From Amoebophrya sp. A120 (Eukaryota > Protista > Dinoflagellata): a DNA stretch of 64,000 bases. Both the position numbers and the translations under genes were made by a program. Numbering within the stretch: the stretch's first letter is position 1; every line of letters begins with the position of its first letter. Below the pieces are notes generated by a model. It was not told the origin of the DNA, did not search any database, and saw only the letters and a program-made list of their open reading frames with translations. The DNA lies in contig CAJINV010000005.1 of assembly GCA_905178155.1 (NCBI GenBank), positions 8,244,515 through 8,308,514 on the forward strand. Direction: 5' to 3'. Shown here piece by piece: positions 1-13,400 of this stretch.

Positions 1-228
1 TAATATGCCGTGTCGTGGTTCTTGCGGTGAGCTCGTCTAGCCGCATCACAAGCTGTTATACCGCCTTATCCTGACTAGCGCATCACAGATCTCCAAAGTC
101 GATGTCAAGACGCTTTCTTATGTATGAGGCTGCGTACTATTACATAGATACACGCTATTGAGAGAGAGAGTTCAGATTTGCATGACAACAACTTTGGTAC
201 TATCGTGGCGACGTTTTTGCGCAGGATA
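1..228. mobile_element. 3' part of a family-B introner, truncated by the window start
   Basis: Ends ...GACGTTTTTGCGCAGGATA, the right TIR of the TATCCTG..AAAAACGT family, and contains GCATCACA/GCATGACA motifs. Confidence 0.7.
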
Positions 229-292
229 CTTCTCCTCCGACTCGGAGCTCTCGAGGCAGATCAGGAAGAGACGAAAGATCGTGGAAAAGTGA
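229..292 (+). CDS. probable terminal exon of an upstream gene (FSSDSELSRQIRKRRKIVEK*)
   Basis: Follows an introner right end. The frame was chosen on codon usage only; other frames are also open for a short distance. Confidence 0.3.
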
Positions 293-2248
293 ACTGTTCC
301 AGTACATCAACTCGACGGTTGTAAGATTTGTGGAACATTCAAGTACAGACGCTGCGACGCCCTAGCGGAATGGCGGAGGGACATCATCAGGGATGTATTT
401 GTGAAGATGCGGGTAGTGGAGTACGAGTAGAACTAGAAGTACAAAATATTCAAGGATCGTTCCGCGGGGTTGGACCAGCACGCTGTACCGAAAGTCTTCA
501 CGTCGTCGAGGACCACCATCAGATCTAAAGACTACAAGACTACACCAAGGAGGAGTTTTTGTTCTACCAGAAGATCCCGAGGATTTTTACACGAAAAAAT
601 GCACATGTGTTTCAGCGTTTCATTTTGCAATGACGATTTTCGAGGGAAGCATGCGGCAGAGAAGAACATAGGATACCATCGGACAGGGGGGAGATGTGGC
701 GGCGTCTGATGAACCGAATATAGAAAAGGAAGATACTTTTACATATGCGACGAAAAGTTTTTGTCGCCCTCTTCGCTCCATGATCTTCCTAGGAGGGCCA
801 GCAGCGTGGACATTGTGGAATCAATTCTCCACGTTGTACTTACCTTTCATCGCAGCATACAGTTTCCAATAGACATTTCAATCTTGCCTGCATTGGTTTG
901 CACTTGCAGGGGGGCGTACTACACACTCATGTACAACTACAACAGTGACGTCGTGTCAATCGCTGCGCGGTCTGCCCTCGACGCAAGAGCCATTGCGTAT
1001 TTGTACGAAAGTGCTGCAGCACCAAAGCTGCAGATCATATACTACTCACGCAGAAACCGAGGTCTTATTTGTTATTCGGGGCGACACAAGAACTTTTCGT
1101 TTGCATAGTGGGGTGAAAAACATTTGGAGATTTTTTTTACCAACGATAAACCGAAGAGAACGATACGGAGATAGAAAAACGATGAGTCGCCACGACCTGA
1201 AGAAGTGGACGTCGAATCTATATCGTCAGAGACGAGGTCATTTTCTACCACACCACAACATTTTGCAACATCGTCGAACAAACCGATATATGGATACCCC
1301 TGCTGTACAAAAAAATCCAGAACGACAGGCCGGTGATGGAGCGGTTTCGATTATGACACAGGAGGATTCAGCTCGTTTTTCCGCAAAAATACCCCGAAAA
1401 AAACAACCGCGACATACGTACTTCATGAAAATCACCACACTTTCGAAGACGTTATCTGTATTCACGAACAAGAATTTCTACGACCCATTGACACAATTTC
1501 TTACGCGCACAAAATGATTTTCTTTTTGAACATAATCTCACATGTCTTTCAAAAATAATATCCAAACGCCACTCTCATTGTTAAGGCCGCGGCTTCGTCG
1601 TGCGCTGGGTGCTAGTGGATTGTCTCTGGGAGAGGCTCGGGTTCATCTACTTTGTGTTCTACCCGTCCGAGGAAACAGAAGATCAGCGTACTCATGTGCT
1701 AAAAGCTGTAGTTTCATGACTACTTCTTTCACCCAAAATCGATGAAGAAGTTTTTACGATTTTGGATGCGGTTTTGCTACGCTTCGCAGAAGATCTACTA
1801 CTACTTCAGGATGATCCACGGCTTCCCTATGACAGGATATTTTTGTCAAGCAGGAAGATGGGGCTAAGAGCCCAAGGAATGTTGATATGCGTGCGGCGTG
1901 GTGGTTTGGTGAAATATGATGTTATCGTTGAGCTTCTGCTTCACCGATCCAGCAGAAAGTGTGGTGGTAGATTGCAAGTCGAAGACGTGCTGTAGGCGTG
2001 TAAAGCAGGGTTCTAGTTTTATCGTGTTACAACGGAATCATGGAGGACTCATCCTCTTCAGCGATTTTTATATACTGTTTGACAGCTACTTCTGCTTCTG
2101 CAATAACTTGAACTTTTTCACTTTCTCTTGCACGTCGCCCCTTCGAAATCAAACCGCGTCTACTTCAACATTTTAATTTTATCCTAAAGTTTGTCCATTA
2201 CAACATCACGAGCTTTTGCGACGTACAGTGGCAAGCGGATCAGAAAAA

Positions 2249-3000
2249 ATGGGTTTCACGCGTAGAAGAAAAAACAAGGAGCAGATTTTTGAGCAAGAGC
2301 TCCAGGGGGTATGAACTGCAAACATGTCTGAGTCTGGAGCCTTGATGTGATGCTAGTTAGTGAACGGTGGGCGCACTGCGGTATGCAGCCACGCATGACA
2401 AGTTTCTGAGGTCCTATGTGTTGCGCTTCCCGCATGACAGTTTTTGCATGACAGGTAAGAGGCTGCCTTCATGCTCATGCATTACAGATTTAAGAGTCAT
2501 GTGAGACAAGCATGACAAGCTTGCACTCTTCCAGACCCAGACATATTTGCAGTTGATAGGGGGCCCCGGATGACGAGGAAACCGGTAGTTGCGATTCAAA
2601 AAAGCTTATGCATTGCTAATATGTCTGGCTCTGGGTCTGGAAGGATGCAAGATTTGCCATGCTTGTCTAGCATGACTCTGAGCTCTGTATTGCGTGCCCG
2701 CAAAGAGCTCCTCTTTCCTGTCATGCAGAAGCGAAATTTCTCATGCGGATTACGCAACTCAGAGGCAGAACCACAACCACGGAAAAACTTGTCATGCTTG
2801 GCAGTGCATTACAATGTGCGCATTGGTCCTTGACTTGCATCACAAGTTTCCAGACCCAGACATATTTGCATTCAAAAAAACTGGCCGCCGAGAACTTGCG
2901 AATTCGACAAAAACAGGCACTGACGACTATCACGACGGTTTTGGGCACCGCGACCTTTCTCGGGGGCGTGTTGCTGGTGCTAAGGATGCTGTTTTTGTGA
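2249..3000 (+). CDS. small (~72 aa) protein with a C-terminal transmembrane helix (tail-anchored-like), 3 exons
   Basis: Removing introners 2310-2558 and 2607-2877 plus one TSD each gives MGFTRRRKNKEQIFEQELQGAPDDEETGSCDSKKLAAENLRIRQKQALTTITTVLGTATFLGGVLLVLRMLFL*. Confidence 0.7.
2310..2558. mobile_element. introner family A (TIR TAT.AA.TGCAAA.ATGTCTGGGTCTGGA)
   Basis: TAT...ATA termini, ~28-bp TIR, TSD GGGGG/GGGGG. Confidence 0.9.
2607..2877. mobile_element. introner family A with a degenerate right end
   Basis: TSD AAGCT/AAACT; excision restores SKKLAAE. Confidence 0.8.
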
Positions 3001-3745
3001 GGAAAAGTAGAGATGGAAAATGAGCTTGATTGAAATCAGGAAAACACGAATGACACACCGCACATATAAGCTCAGCTTTTGGACAAGAAGACAATCGCAG
3101 AGATGGTCCAGAGATGATGATGGTAAAGAACAGGACAGACTTTTTGTAAACACATGAGAACTACTACACCTCCGCATAGGCATTCGGCTCTCCTAATTAT
3201 CTGAAGACTACAGAATTTGTGTTTCCCCCGAAGCCTTGGCGGGACATCAAAGTCCTCCCGGTCTCAACCTTGTTCCTTCGTCCTTGAAGTTGCCGTCGTG
3301 AATAAGTACTTTTCGTCGGTTAATAGTTTCCCTCAGTAGCGAGTTACCTTCGGTCTGCTTCGTGCTTGATGTGAAGTCGCATTTTATTGCGTGCGTGTTT
3401 TTATTTTTTCGTGCAGGTCAATGTGGATTTCTGGTTCTGTGATAGCATTTTCGTGTTCTTGCGTACAGTTGTTTAGTCGTCATTGTGCAAAGCTTTTCTT
3501 TGTTTGCACCGCTGGTGCGGAAGTGCAGTCGTGAGTTTTCGTGCAAAAAATCCTTCTTCTTCGTCATCGTCTCCTTGCTTTTTTCTGAGTCTGTAGAAGC
3601 AGTAGTGTGCTCGCCACTGCTTTTTTCAGAATTATTGTGTAAGTAGCACTCACTTTCAAGAATAGACACAATCATAACTCCAAATCTAGAGTGTAATTCC
3701 CCGCCTGCAAGTGTCGCCACGAGCAAGTAAAAGCAAAACACGAAC

Positions 3746-6700
3746 ATGGACCAGGACTTGCGACCCGGACGGGGACGATCATCATGCCGCGCTGATGCCA
3801 TGGACAACGTATCAAATGTAAAATTGTCTGGGTCTGGAAGGTTGCAACTTGTGATGCTGCATTTGGATTCCAAAAAAATCTGTATTGCATGAGCAGCAAA
3901 GGGAGTGTAATTTTTGCTATGGGAAGAGGGCATTTGTCATGCGGAATAGGCATCCAGTTCCAGAAGCCCTCAAAATATCTCTGATGCTTGGGCATGCATC
4001 ACAGACATCATTGCTCATGCAAAACTTGCATGACAAGTCTCAGAATCTTCCAGACCCAGACATTTTTGCACTTGATACAACGAGACAGCGCGCAAAATCC
4101 AACGCCGAGCCCGTGCCCCGAGTCCGTATCGGCTGGCTGCAGCCGTATCAAATGTAAAAATGTCTGGGTCTGGAAACTTGTGCTGCTGGGTGGCGTCTCG
4201 TGATGAGGCCACAAGTGCTGGCTCAGCATGACAAGTTTCTGAGCTTCTAGGTGTTGCCTATTCTGCATGACAAACTGCGTTTCTGCATCACACAGAAAAA
4301 CGGAGCTCTTGGGTAACGTGCATGACAGATTTAAGAGTCATGCCAGACAAGCATGACAAACATGCATTCTTCCAGACCCAGACATTTTTGCATTTGATAA
4401 GCCGGGCCGACGATTTATTTGCTGCGCTACGGCACGATGGCGGCAACAGCCGGCGATCGCATTTTCGGTGCGGAAGGTATGAAAGTGCCCGAGACCATCA
4501 CGGAACGAGCGTCGCGAGAATCAGAATCCGAAGCGAAGTCTTTCTCTTTGGAAGGAGCACCGGAAGATGCAGAAGGACGATCGCGCGGCCCGGCAGAAAC
4601 CGTGCAGAAAAAACAAAAAGTGCGCAAGCTGTGGAAGCGCGACAGAACCAAATTTTTGGCGCCGAACGAGCTGGTGTTGGAGCTGCTGGAGCAAGACGAG
4701 GACGAGGCAGGGCACGGTATCCTGAGCAAAAACGTCCCCAGGGATCTCGCAACAGAAGTCGAGAAGTTTTGGGAGTCACGCATGAAAAGTTCATCTCTGT
4801 ATTGTATGTAGTGCAGTTTAGCAAGTGCAGCCGCATCGCAAAGCCACCTACTCATCCTGTTTATAGCATTACAAAGTCAAAAATACGATTGGAAATGCCT
4901 CTCATGGGGATGCGTGTTACAAATCTTCCTGTGAATGCAAATCTGCATGGCTGTCTGGGGTGGGAATGTTTTTACACAGGATACACGGGCCCGCATCGGA
5001 ACGGACGGAAAATGCTGTTGACGTTGTTCTCGATGCAGAAGACCCAGCGGCGTCGTTCATGGAGGCCCCCTCGCTCGGCACCTTGTTCGATGCGCTGCCG
5101 GAGTGGATGTTTTTGAAAGACTATCCAGGAAAAAAACTATGTGATGGTAGCTTTGTAGGAAGAGCAGCATCACAAATTCGTTTTACAAAGGAAACCTGCC
5201 CTGCGTAGCTAGTACGTGAAAACACGTATGAAAGTGGCCTATGACGCACATTCAGCATGACAAACGTATTAGTTTTGCATTTTTTGCATCACAAATAGTT
5301 TTTTTCTTGGATAAAGACCCAGATTCCGTGGTGTACTACACACCGGAAAGGGGAGATTCGGCCACGACGATGACCGCCGGGGAACTTTGGACCAACGTTA
5401 GAACCGCCGTGGAAGATGCTGCGGCGGGTATCTTGGCCTCGATTAATCAGCTAAGCACGGAAAAATGACAATATCTTTGCTGGGTCGGAGAGACGAAAAC
5501 ATTGCGCGTGATGCTTGGTGCAAGAGCTGTTGTTATTTCCCGTGATTCTGTTTCCGGGTATGAAGATGTAAATAGGGTGAGATACTAAGACTAAGTACTA
5601 GTTGTTTTAGCATTAGAAGCCAGTCCTTGCTCCTTGGAGGTGGACTTTTGCCTGGTGCCCGTTGCTATTCTCACAGGAAGCGCAAGCTATAGTGCGCGCA
5701 GGAGCTAATTGTGAGTAGTCCTTGCCAGCCCTTTCATAACAAATCGAGAATGCTGTGGCCTCCAAGCGCGCGGAGTCCACACGACAAACTACGGAAGACG
5801 AGAAGACGGCGTTTCTGGAGGCTGACAGTGGAACTGATGCCACCGGAACTACTCGGGGTCGGGATTTGATGGGCCCGTGGACGTTGATGCCGCGATCGTT
5901 GGAAGACAAAGAGAAACGTTTCGGTGACCGGCCAGAAGTAAAGTTTTTTGGTGAAGCGCAGCAGATTTTGAAGGAAATCCTGGGGGGGGAGGACACTACT
6001 GTGCCACACGACAAGATTATACCGTATATTCGCGAAATTGTAAGCAAATTCTACGAACAGATCGCCAACGAACACACAACGTCGAAAGAAAAGTACCGAC
6101 AAGAACTCTCGGCCGCGCTTCTAATGCGCAGAGCTGCGACAGGTGAAGCTGAGGCAGAGCGTGTGATGGGACTCAAAGCGGGGAAGAAAGGATTGGTGGA
6201 TGTCGTCGGCCACGCGACGCCGGATACGGCGGTCAAGGAAAAAGAAGAATTGCTGGAAGCGGCGGAGAAAGGTCCTCCGACCTCGCTTCACATCCTTCAG
6301 CGGATGGGTCTGAGGGCAGTGAATCTGATGCGGGGCCCGGGGCTGCTGCAAGTGGCACTAAATCTGAAGTAGATCATGATGCCGCTCGCACCGATCCCCA
6401 GTACCCACTTTTGGTGGACATCTGTAACGATCACGATCTCCAAGTCAAACTCGCGTTGGCAGAGCTAGGAAAAGGGGCCGACACTCTAGCAGAAGTTACA
6501 GACAACGAACTAATGAATGCTATTATGCAGAGGGCCAACTGCGACTTCGTTTACGTGTTCGGCGACGTACACGGTGCCTTCGAGGATTTACTACGCGTGC
6601 TGCACACGCTGCCGGACGGTCACAAGATTTCCGATTTCCCGGGACGCATAGTGTTTTTGGGCGACTACCTCGATCGCGCGACGACGCTGGGCGATAGCTT

Positions 6701-9700
6701 TTCAACCTTGTTCTACCTGTTGTGGCTGGAGGCGACGTATCCGGACAAAATTACGCTGTTGCTTGGAAATCATGAGGACTTCAGCTACTTCACGGACCCT
6801 GGAAGCGTCATGAATACTGCGTCGCCGCAGGAGCACAACGCATTTAGGTTCAGCAAAAGGGGCGCTCGGGTCGTCCCAGCGCACCAAAAGAAAATACTTG
6901 CGGAACCTCGTTGCGAAATTCATTGACACCGAATTGGGCGGACGCCGTGGTCAAGCATTGTTGTAGCAATACTAGCGCACCACAGACGTCGGCGTCCAGG
7001 AAGCTCATTCATCTTTTACGCATTCGGAATGACAATGATCATGCACGAATAGACATTCGAAGGCCAGAGTCGTGAAGGTAGCACTCGTTCTACTACATGC
7101 AGCGCTTCGGATGCGGTTGTTCCAAGATCAGGTGTATAGAAAAAAAACTCTCAGAAGTATCTATTACGTTGAAGTATTTCTTTTGCGTGTGCTGCGGGCC
7201 TCGGGGCTGCAAGGATTTTTGTGTGCGATAACCCTTTTTGGGCACTTTGTTACATTTGATGCGGTTAAGACCCTGCTGGACCCATTCTTCGCGACAGCAC
7301 CCCTTGGGGCCGTAGCGTACGACGAAGCTTTCATTGTGCACGCGGGTATTCTTGGGCGGTTAAAGCCGATTGAGGAGCTACGAAGTGTTTCTCGTCCGGG
7401 CTTTATATGGAGTGCAAGAATTGTGTATTATTCGTGCGTCCTGTCGTTCAGGATCAAGACCGATCAGGATCTGAAGGAGACGTACGCGAGCATTGGAATT
7501 GGCATGATCGGGCACTGAGCGCCAGCGTCGAGTTAAGGAAAGTGCATGCATGTACAGATACAAGTACTCGTCTACGTCTGCGAACGATACTAGCGACGCC
7601 ACGTCATAGTTTGTGCCACTCCATAGTAAAACACTGGCACTTCTGCGGGTACTACGGGGTATACGGATCAAGAGCGGGCGAAAAGCATGGGCACGAAAGT
7701 TTTCCAGACTGTGCCGGGACATGGCGGACCGCCCCCGAAGTGTAGTTCCGACGCTGCCTTACTGTGGGCGGTATCGATCTTATCTCAATCTGTATGACCA
7801 GATACAACAGGATTAGTATGATATACATTGATGTTTTTCGTTGGCGCTGTATTTTGTTTTTGTCTTTCTTTTTCTGCTGTATTGATAGAACGCGATAAGT
7901 ACTGCGCAGCGCAGTTTTGCGAATGAAGCTTTGTTCCCGAAGTGTCTCCATCACAGCGTCGCTGATCTTTTTCTCATAGAAAAATACAGCGCACCTGCTT
8001 CCGCATAGATGTGGGTGACAGACGCAGGCGGATTCGAATTTCGAAGTCTTCGTCATCTGTATGTATCCTTCTAGGTGCGCGATTCTTTCTTTATCTTTTA
8101 CAGGACCCAGCGCGGCCTGGTCACACCCAAAGTCGTTGCGGACAAGATCAGATGGTACCCGGCGGTCGCCCATGGACTATCCGGTGAGGAGACGCCCCCA
8201 ACCTGTAGTCAAGATGGTCGTAACCATCCTCGACAAATCCGCAAGTTTTGGGAGTCAAGCGTAAGAAATTTGGGCCTATGCAGGTAGACAAGTCCGCAAG
8301 TAATTTACTTGCTTATCCTAGTAGATAAATGACTTGCGAAATTTGCACAACTAGATGAAAGTGCCCCTCATACAGCGAGAGCAACATGGAAATTGCAGGA
8401 CAAAAAATCTGGCGTGGGGGCGTTTTTGCATCGGATATGGGCCGCCGAAGTAGCCAAAGAATTCTTTTCCCTTAACGGGATCAGGCTGCTGCTTCGTGGG
8501 CACGAGCCGGGAGAGTTTTCCGACATGGTAAAGAGCTTGCTTATTTGTGTAACGTCGTCGTTTGTTTCCACTTTCTTTTCCCCGGTTTGAGATGTTGTTG
8601 TCAGCACCTCAATGTTTTTTTTCTTCAGATATCGAAACAAATTAAGATCAAACTATAGTGACTTTCGTCGCTGCAAAGGGTTTTAGGGTGTCATGGATTT
8701 AGTCTAGGGGTCCTATTGTGAGGTGTGCAAATGCTGAAATTCTGGCCCACCGCACAAATCGGGAATCAAAAATGCACCAACTTACCACAGCTGCTTCAAA
8801 AATCGGGAATCAAGAATGAATATCCAACTTACCACAGGTTCTTCAAACGCTTTGGGCAGGAGCTGTGTCTGAGGCGATCAGATTCAGTGGTGCGGGACCA
8901 TGGGTTAAAGAGCTGGAGGACAGACTCAACAATCGCAAGAACATCCTCCAACGTAACGCACATGAAAACTATGTGGTTGAGCTACGAACGGAATTCGTCA
9001 ATGATCGTTCTGGGCCTTACAGTGCCAAATTGGACAATGGCAACGTGGTGTTCTTGTTCTCGAGCCCGAAGTATGGATCGGATTCGAGGAACCTCGCATC
9101 TTTTGGTAGGTTGGATCGAAGGATAAATGATGAAGAGCCACGACCACCACCTCATGTTTTTGGTGAAAAGGGAGCCCTGGACAAATTTGTGGGGGAGTCA
9201 AATCGCCACGCAACTTCTGTCAAACAAGCGCAGGAGTACCTTTCTCGCCTCCCTGAAGAGTACAAGCATACCAACCCAACATTGCTGCAAATCTCTGGCG
9301 AAAAATCCCCATACAATTACGATTCTATCCATCCGGACCGGCCGGCACGAAAGCGACTCGACGCTATCAAAGGTAAATGCTTCTGGGTCTGCAAAAGTGC
9401 AGATGTTTGTCATGCTGCTTTTCAGTGACGAAGGAGAAGGTCATTTGGCATGCAAGCTCTAGCGTCACACCTTTTAATCTTAGTAACGTTAGTAATGCAT
9501 GACGGTGTTATCAAGAATAAGAAATGGCAAAGCTTTTTTTGTCCATGCGTGACCGACTTTTTCGTGATCTGAAATTGTGTGCGGCAGTTTCCAGACCCAG
9601 GCATGTTTGTAATTCACAGAGGCTCAAGTGTCGCAATTTGTGGAGCAGCTCGACAAAATCAAAAGCCTCGACGACAAGAAGCCGTCCAAGTTTACGGAGA

Positions 9701-9786
9701 ACTACTACGTTTTCGGAAGAGGTTCCTTTGAGCCGGGGGCAGGGGACGAGCAAAAAGTAGAGTGGGTTCCCCTTGATGATGAGTGA
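3746..9786 (+). CDS. PPP-family (calcineurin-like) Ser/Thr protein phosphatase with a long N-terminal extension; multi-exon, possibly frameshifted or decaying
   Basis: Motifs GDVHG (~6561), GDYLDR (~6660), LLGNHE (~6758), VHAG (~7337), LLRGHE (~8490) and FLFSSPKYG..N (~9050). The 5' exons join in frame after introner removal; the internal exon structure over 5430-8870 is uncertain. Confidence 0.7.
3810..4077. mobile_element. introner family A
   Basis: TIR plus TSD CAACG/CAACG. Confidence 0.9.
4146..4399. mobile_element. introner family A (same subfamily at 11858 and 13647; reverse orientation at 55221)
   Basis: TIR plus TSD AGCCG/AGCCG. Confidence 0.9.
4718..4983. mobile_element. introner family B (TIR TATCCTG.G.AAAAACGTCCCCA)
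   Basis: TIR plus TSD CACGG/CACGG. Confidence 0.9.
5122..5313. mobile_element. introner family C (TIR TATCCA.GAAAAAAAC)
   Basis: TIR plus TSD AAGAC/AAGAC. Confidence 0.85.
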
Positions 9787-10485
9787 CGCGTTACCAGAGG
9801 TATAGGCCATGAATTTCCACATCCGGAATATTGTTGCACCTACCCTTGGGATAGCCTATGGTCGACCCACGCAGGCCTGCCTTGATGGCTGTGATTCGCA
9901 AAGCAGTTACGTTGTTAGGCGGTATTGAGATACAACTGATCGACCCTCTAATATCATTGCCGTGATAGATAAAACCATGTTGCTCATCATGTCTGTCGCT
10001 CGGCGACGGGCAGTAGTTCCAAGGGCGATTTTAGAATACGGCTGGTTTCTTTCCCTGCGATAGGGCGTTGTTGGGTGTTTTGTGTTCATCATCTTCATGC
10101 TTTACCGAACCACAACCCCGAGCGGCTTTTGCAAGCTGAAAGAGTGTCGTTGAGACCAGCACGCGCTCAGGGGTACTGCGTTTGTAGAGTCTATTACTTC
10201 TGCACCTCCCATGCAGGAGTACTACCAGGAGCAACAGGAGAGGAGAAGCGTGTTTCTAACGAGGAGCACGTTCACAATCAGTATTTTGTGTTCTCTGTGA
10301 GAAGCCTGTCGACAAGCAAATCTGGATTAACATGACTGGCGCCAGACTGCTTCCACCCACTGACCGTCCCGCAGTAGCGTCCGCTCTTGCGGTTCACCAC
10401 GACTGCTGGGGCGCGCTACAGCGGATTTCTGCGTAAAAGCGTCGCACCGCGTTTCAGAGGAGCTCAGCAAGAACATCTTAACACG

Positions 10486-13400
10486 ATGACCGACAACTCC
10501 ACTTCTCCGCGGAACAAGCAGCGGACCATGACCGCCTGGTCCGCGGCTTCTTCGAGTTGCGGCACGGCCTATCCTGCGTGAAAACGTTTTCCTCCCAGAG
10601 TCAAGTTGCGAAGTGTACAACACAAATCCAGAAGTATTGGGAGTCACGCATGACAAGTTCCTCTCTGTAGTGTAGTGCAGACTCTTAGCAAGGACAAGCG
10701 CATCGCAAGACCATCAGCTCGTCCTGTTTACAGCATCACAAATTCCAAAAATTGACTGAGATGAATGCCTCTCATGGGGATACGCATGACAAGTCGTTCT
10801 GTAGATGCAAAAATTCTGCATAACAACTCAGAAGTGGGGACATTCTTCAACAGGATACGGCCAATTCCGCGGTGACCGGGTCCAGTAATGGAACGAATCA
10901 AAATTCGCAGTTTTCTTTCGGGAACTCGAATACCGGAAATAACCACCTCGACCAAACAGGCTCCGGGCCGTCGCCGTCGGGCCAAAATAGCAGGAACTCC
11001 GGTGGTACTGGTAGTGGTGGACCAGGAAACAACAATAAGCCGACGATTTTGATGTTAAACAATTCCATCACGAAGGAAAACAGTGAGGCCAAGAAGAAAA
11101 TAAACAAAACAACAACCGAAATAAATTCAACTGCCTCTTCGAAGCAACCGATAATTCCTTCTGGGTTTTTGCTAAAGAAGTTCCTCGGCTATGATCCCTA
11201 CAGCGGGTCCCTCACCGACCACTACGAACTGGGGCAAGTGTTGGGGCGTGGGGCTTATGGGGAGGTCGTGGCGGCGCGGCTTAGGCCGAGGTCCAGATTA
11301 TTCTCGTCGGTTTGCTTGTCCTGTTGTCTGTCAAAGCAGAAAGTCGAAGCGTTGATCGCGGCGCCAGATTATCTAGTGCAAATATGTCTGGGTCTGGAAA
11401 AGTGGAACTTGTAATGCGTGCCTTGCATTCCTGGAAAATCTGTGTTGCATGAGCAGCAAAAGAGGAGCTTCCTTTGCAATGAAAAACGCAATTTGTAATG
11501 CGTGCTAGGCAGCCATCAAGAGGCGACGTCTGAAAAACTTGTCATGCTTGGCTGCCATTGCAACCGCTTCCGTCATCCGCAACTCCGCACCACAGGTTTT
11601 CACACCCAGACATATTTGCATTTCATACGGATCTGGACGAGTTGATCGAATCGTTCCGGAACAAACGGTATCCTGTGCAAAAGTATCGTGCTCGCATTGC
11701 AGTCGTGCATTACAAATTTTTTTTCTTGCGGTAAATCCGCATGACAAATTTGATTTCTCTTGCTGGGGAAATATGTAATGCATACGAGTACGATACCTTT
11801 GCAATGCATAAACGGAACTTGAACGCGGGGCGGCACGACAGGGACAAGGACAGCACCTATCAAGTGCAAATATGTCTGGGTCTGGAAACTTGTGATGCTG
11901 GGTGGCGATTCACGAGGAGGCCGGAAGTGCTGGCTCAGCATGACAAGTTTCTGAGCTTCTAGGTGTTGCCTGTTCTGCATGACAAACTGCGTTTCTGCAT
12001 GACAGAGAAATGGGGCTCTTGGATGTTGTGCATGACAGATTTAAGAGTCGTGCCAGACAAGCACGACAAACATGCATTCTTCCAGACCCAGACACATTTG
12101 CAATGCATAGCACCAGCGCAGGCACGATCTCGCAGGGGCTGAGTGCGAGTAGAAGGATGATGCGAAACACGCTAAACTCCATGCCGTTGGGGAGATTTCG
12201 GGATCGTGAAGCCGAGGAGGCTATGCATTTCAAAAGCATTGTGCCGTTAGTAGGAATCGCATCGCAAATTTTCTCAGCATTAGACTTGGAATTTGTAATG
12301 CTGATTTGCCTTTGATAAAAAAATTTGTCATGCATGGTTGCGATTACTATGAGTGCGATATTACTTTTGCACAGGATAGAGGCAGAGGAGGACATGGATT
12401 TCGAAGAGATCCTTGCGATTAACGAGAGAGATATTCAAGAAAAAAACTGTGTGGGTGTAAGTCTGTAATGCAAAGGATACAAAACAGCTACGCTTGTCAT
12501 GCTGGCCAGCCATCAGCTGCTATTTATTTTCAACTGCGTTTTCGCGTGATATTACTAGCTGTGCATGACAGGTTTTATTTCTCCGACAGCATGCAGTGCA
12601 AATTGAAATTTATCATGCTGTACGTCCAAGACACCTACCCTCTTTTTTTTCTTGGATAGGAGAACAAACGGCGCAGCAGCAACAGCAGCAAAACCGAACT
12701 TCTACTGCGTCGAACAGTGGGAACAATAATAACAAGCTATCAAAAGGAAATTTCCCCCCTCCCCATATCAAAACGAAACTTCTCATGCTGGATTTGTGCA
12801 CACAAATCAGATTTGTCTTGCTGCCGAGGACTGCAGGCCCATATCAGGCCTGAGTAGATAAGTTTTGGCCTAGGCGCTTAGCATGACAGACGTCTACGCT
12901 TTAGGAGCAACAGCATGACGAACCGCCTGTAGAATGTGGCGGAGCCTGTAGATTTGCCTTCATGCAATACAGCGACGATTTGTCGTCTCAAATCAGCATT
13001 ACAAATTTTCAGAAGTGTACCGGTTTGGTATGGGGAGGGGAGATTTTTCCTCACAATACAAGCCGAAAGTCTTCCGGAGCTTCTTGAAGGTACTGTTACT
13101 TCTATGGCAAATTAGTAACTAGAGCTCGTGCGCATTTTTAATCTAGATCTTCAGTTTCTTGTCATGCACATGCGGTATCTGTTTCTGTGGTGTGCATGAA
13201 TTACTTATCTTTGATCCAGATCCACAGCATGATCTTCGGGAAAGCCATACTACGTTCGGCTAAAAATTCTCCGCATGATCATGATCTTGGTGGACCAGAA
13301 AATTCTACAATTACCAGGGCACCACCACGAGTCCGACTTCCCACAGCCCCGCTATCATAAGAAAAAAGTGTTACAGTTACACATTTGTTCGTAACTTTAG

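Noticed and set aside
761-2176. ORFs of 70-190 aa upstream of the first complete gene
   Set aside because: No recognisable motifs, no introners and intergenic-like composition
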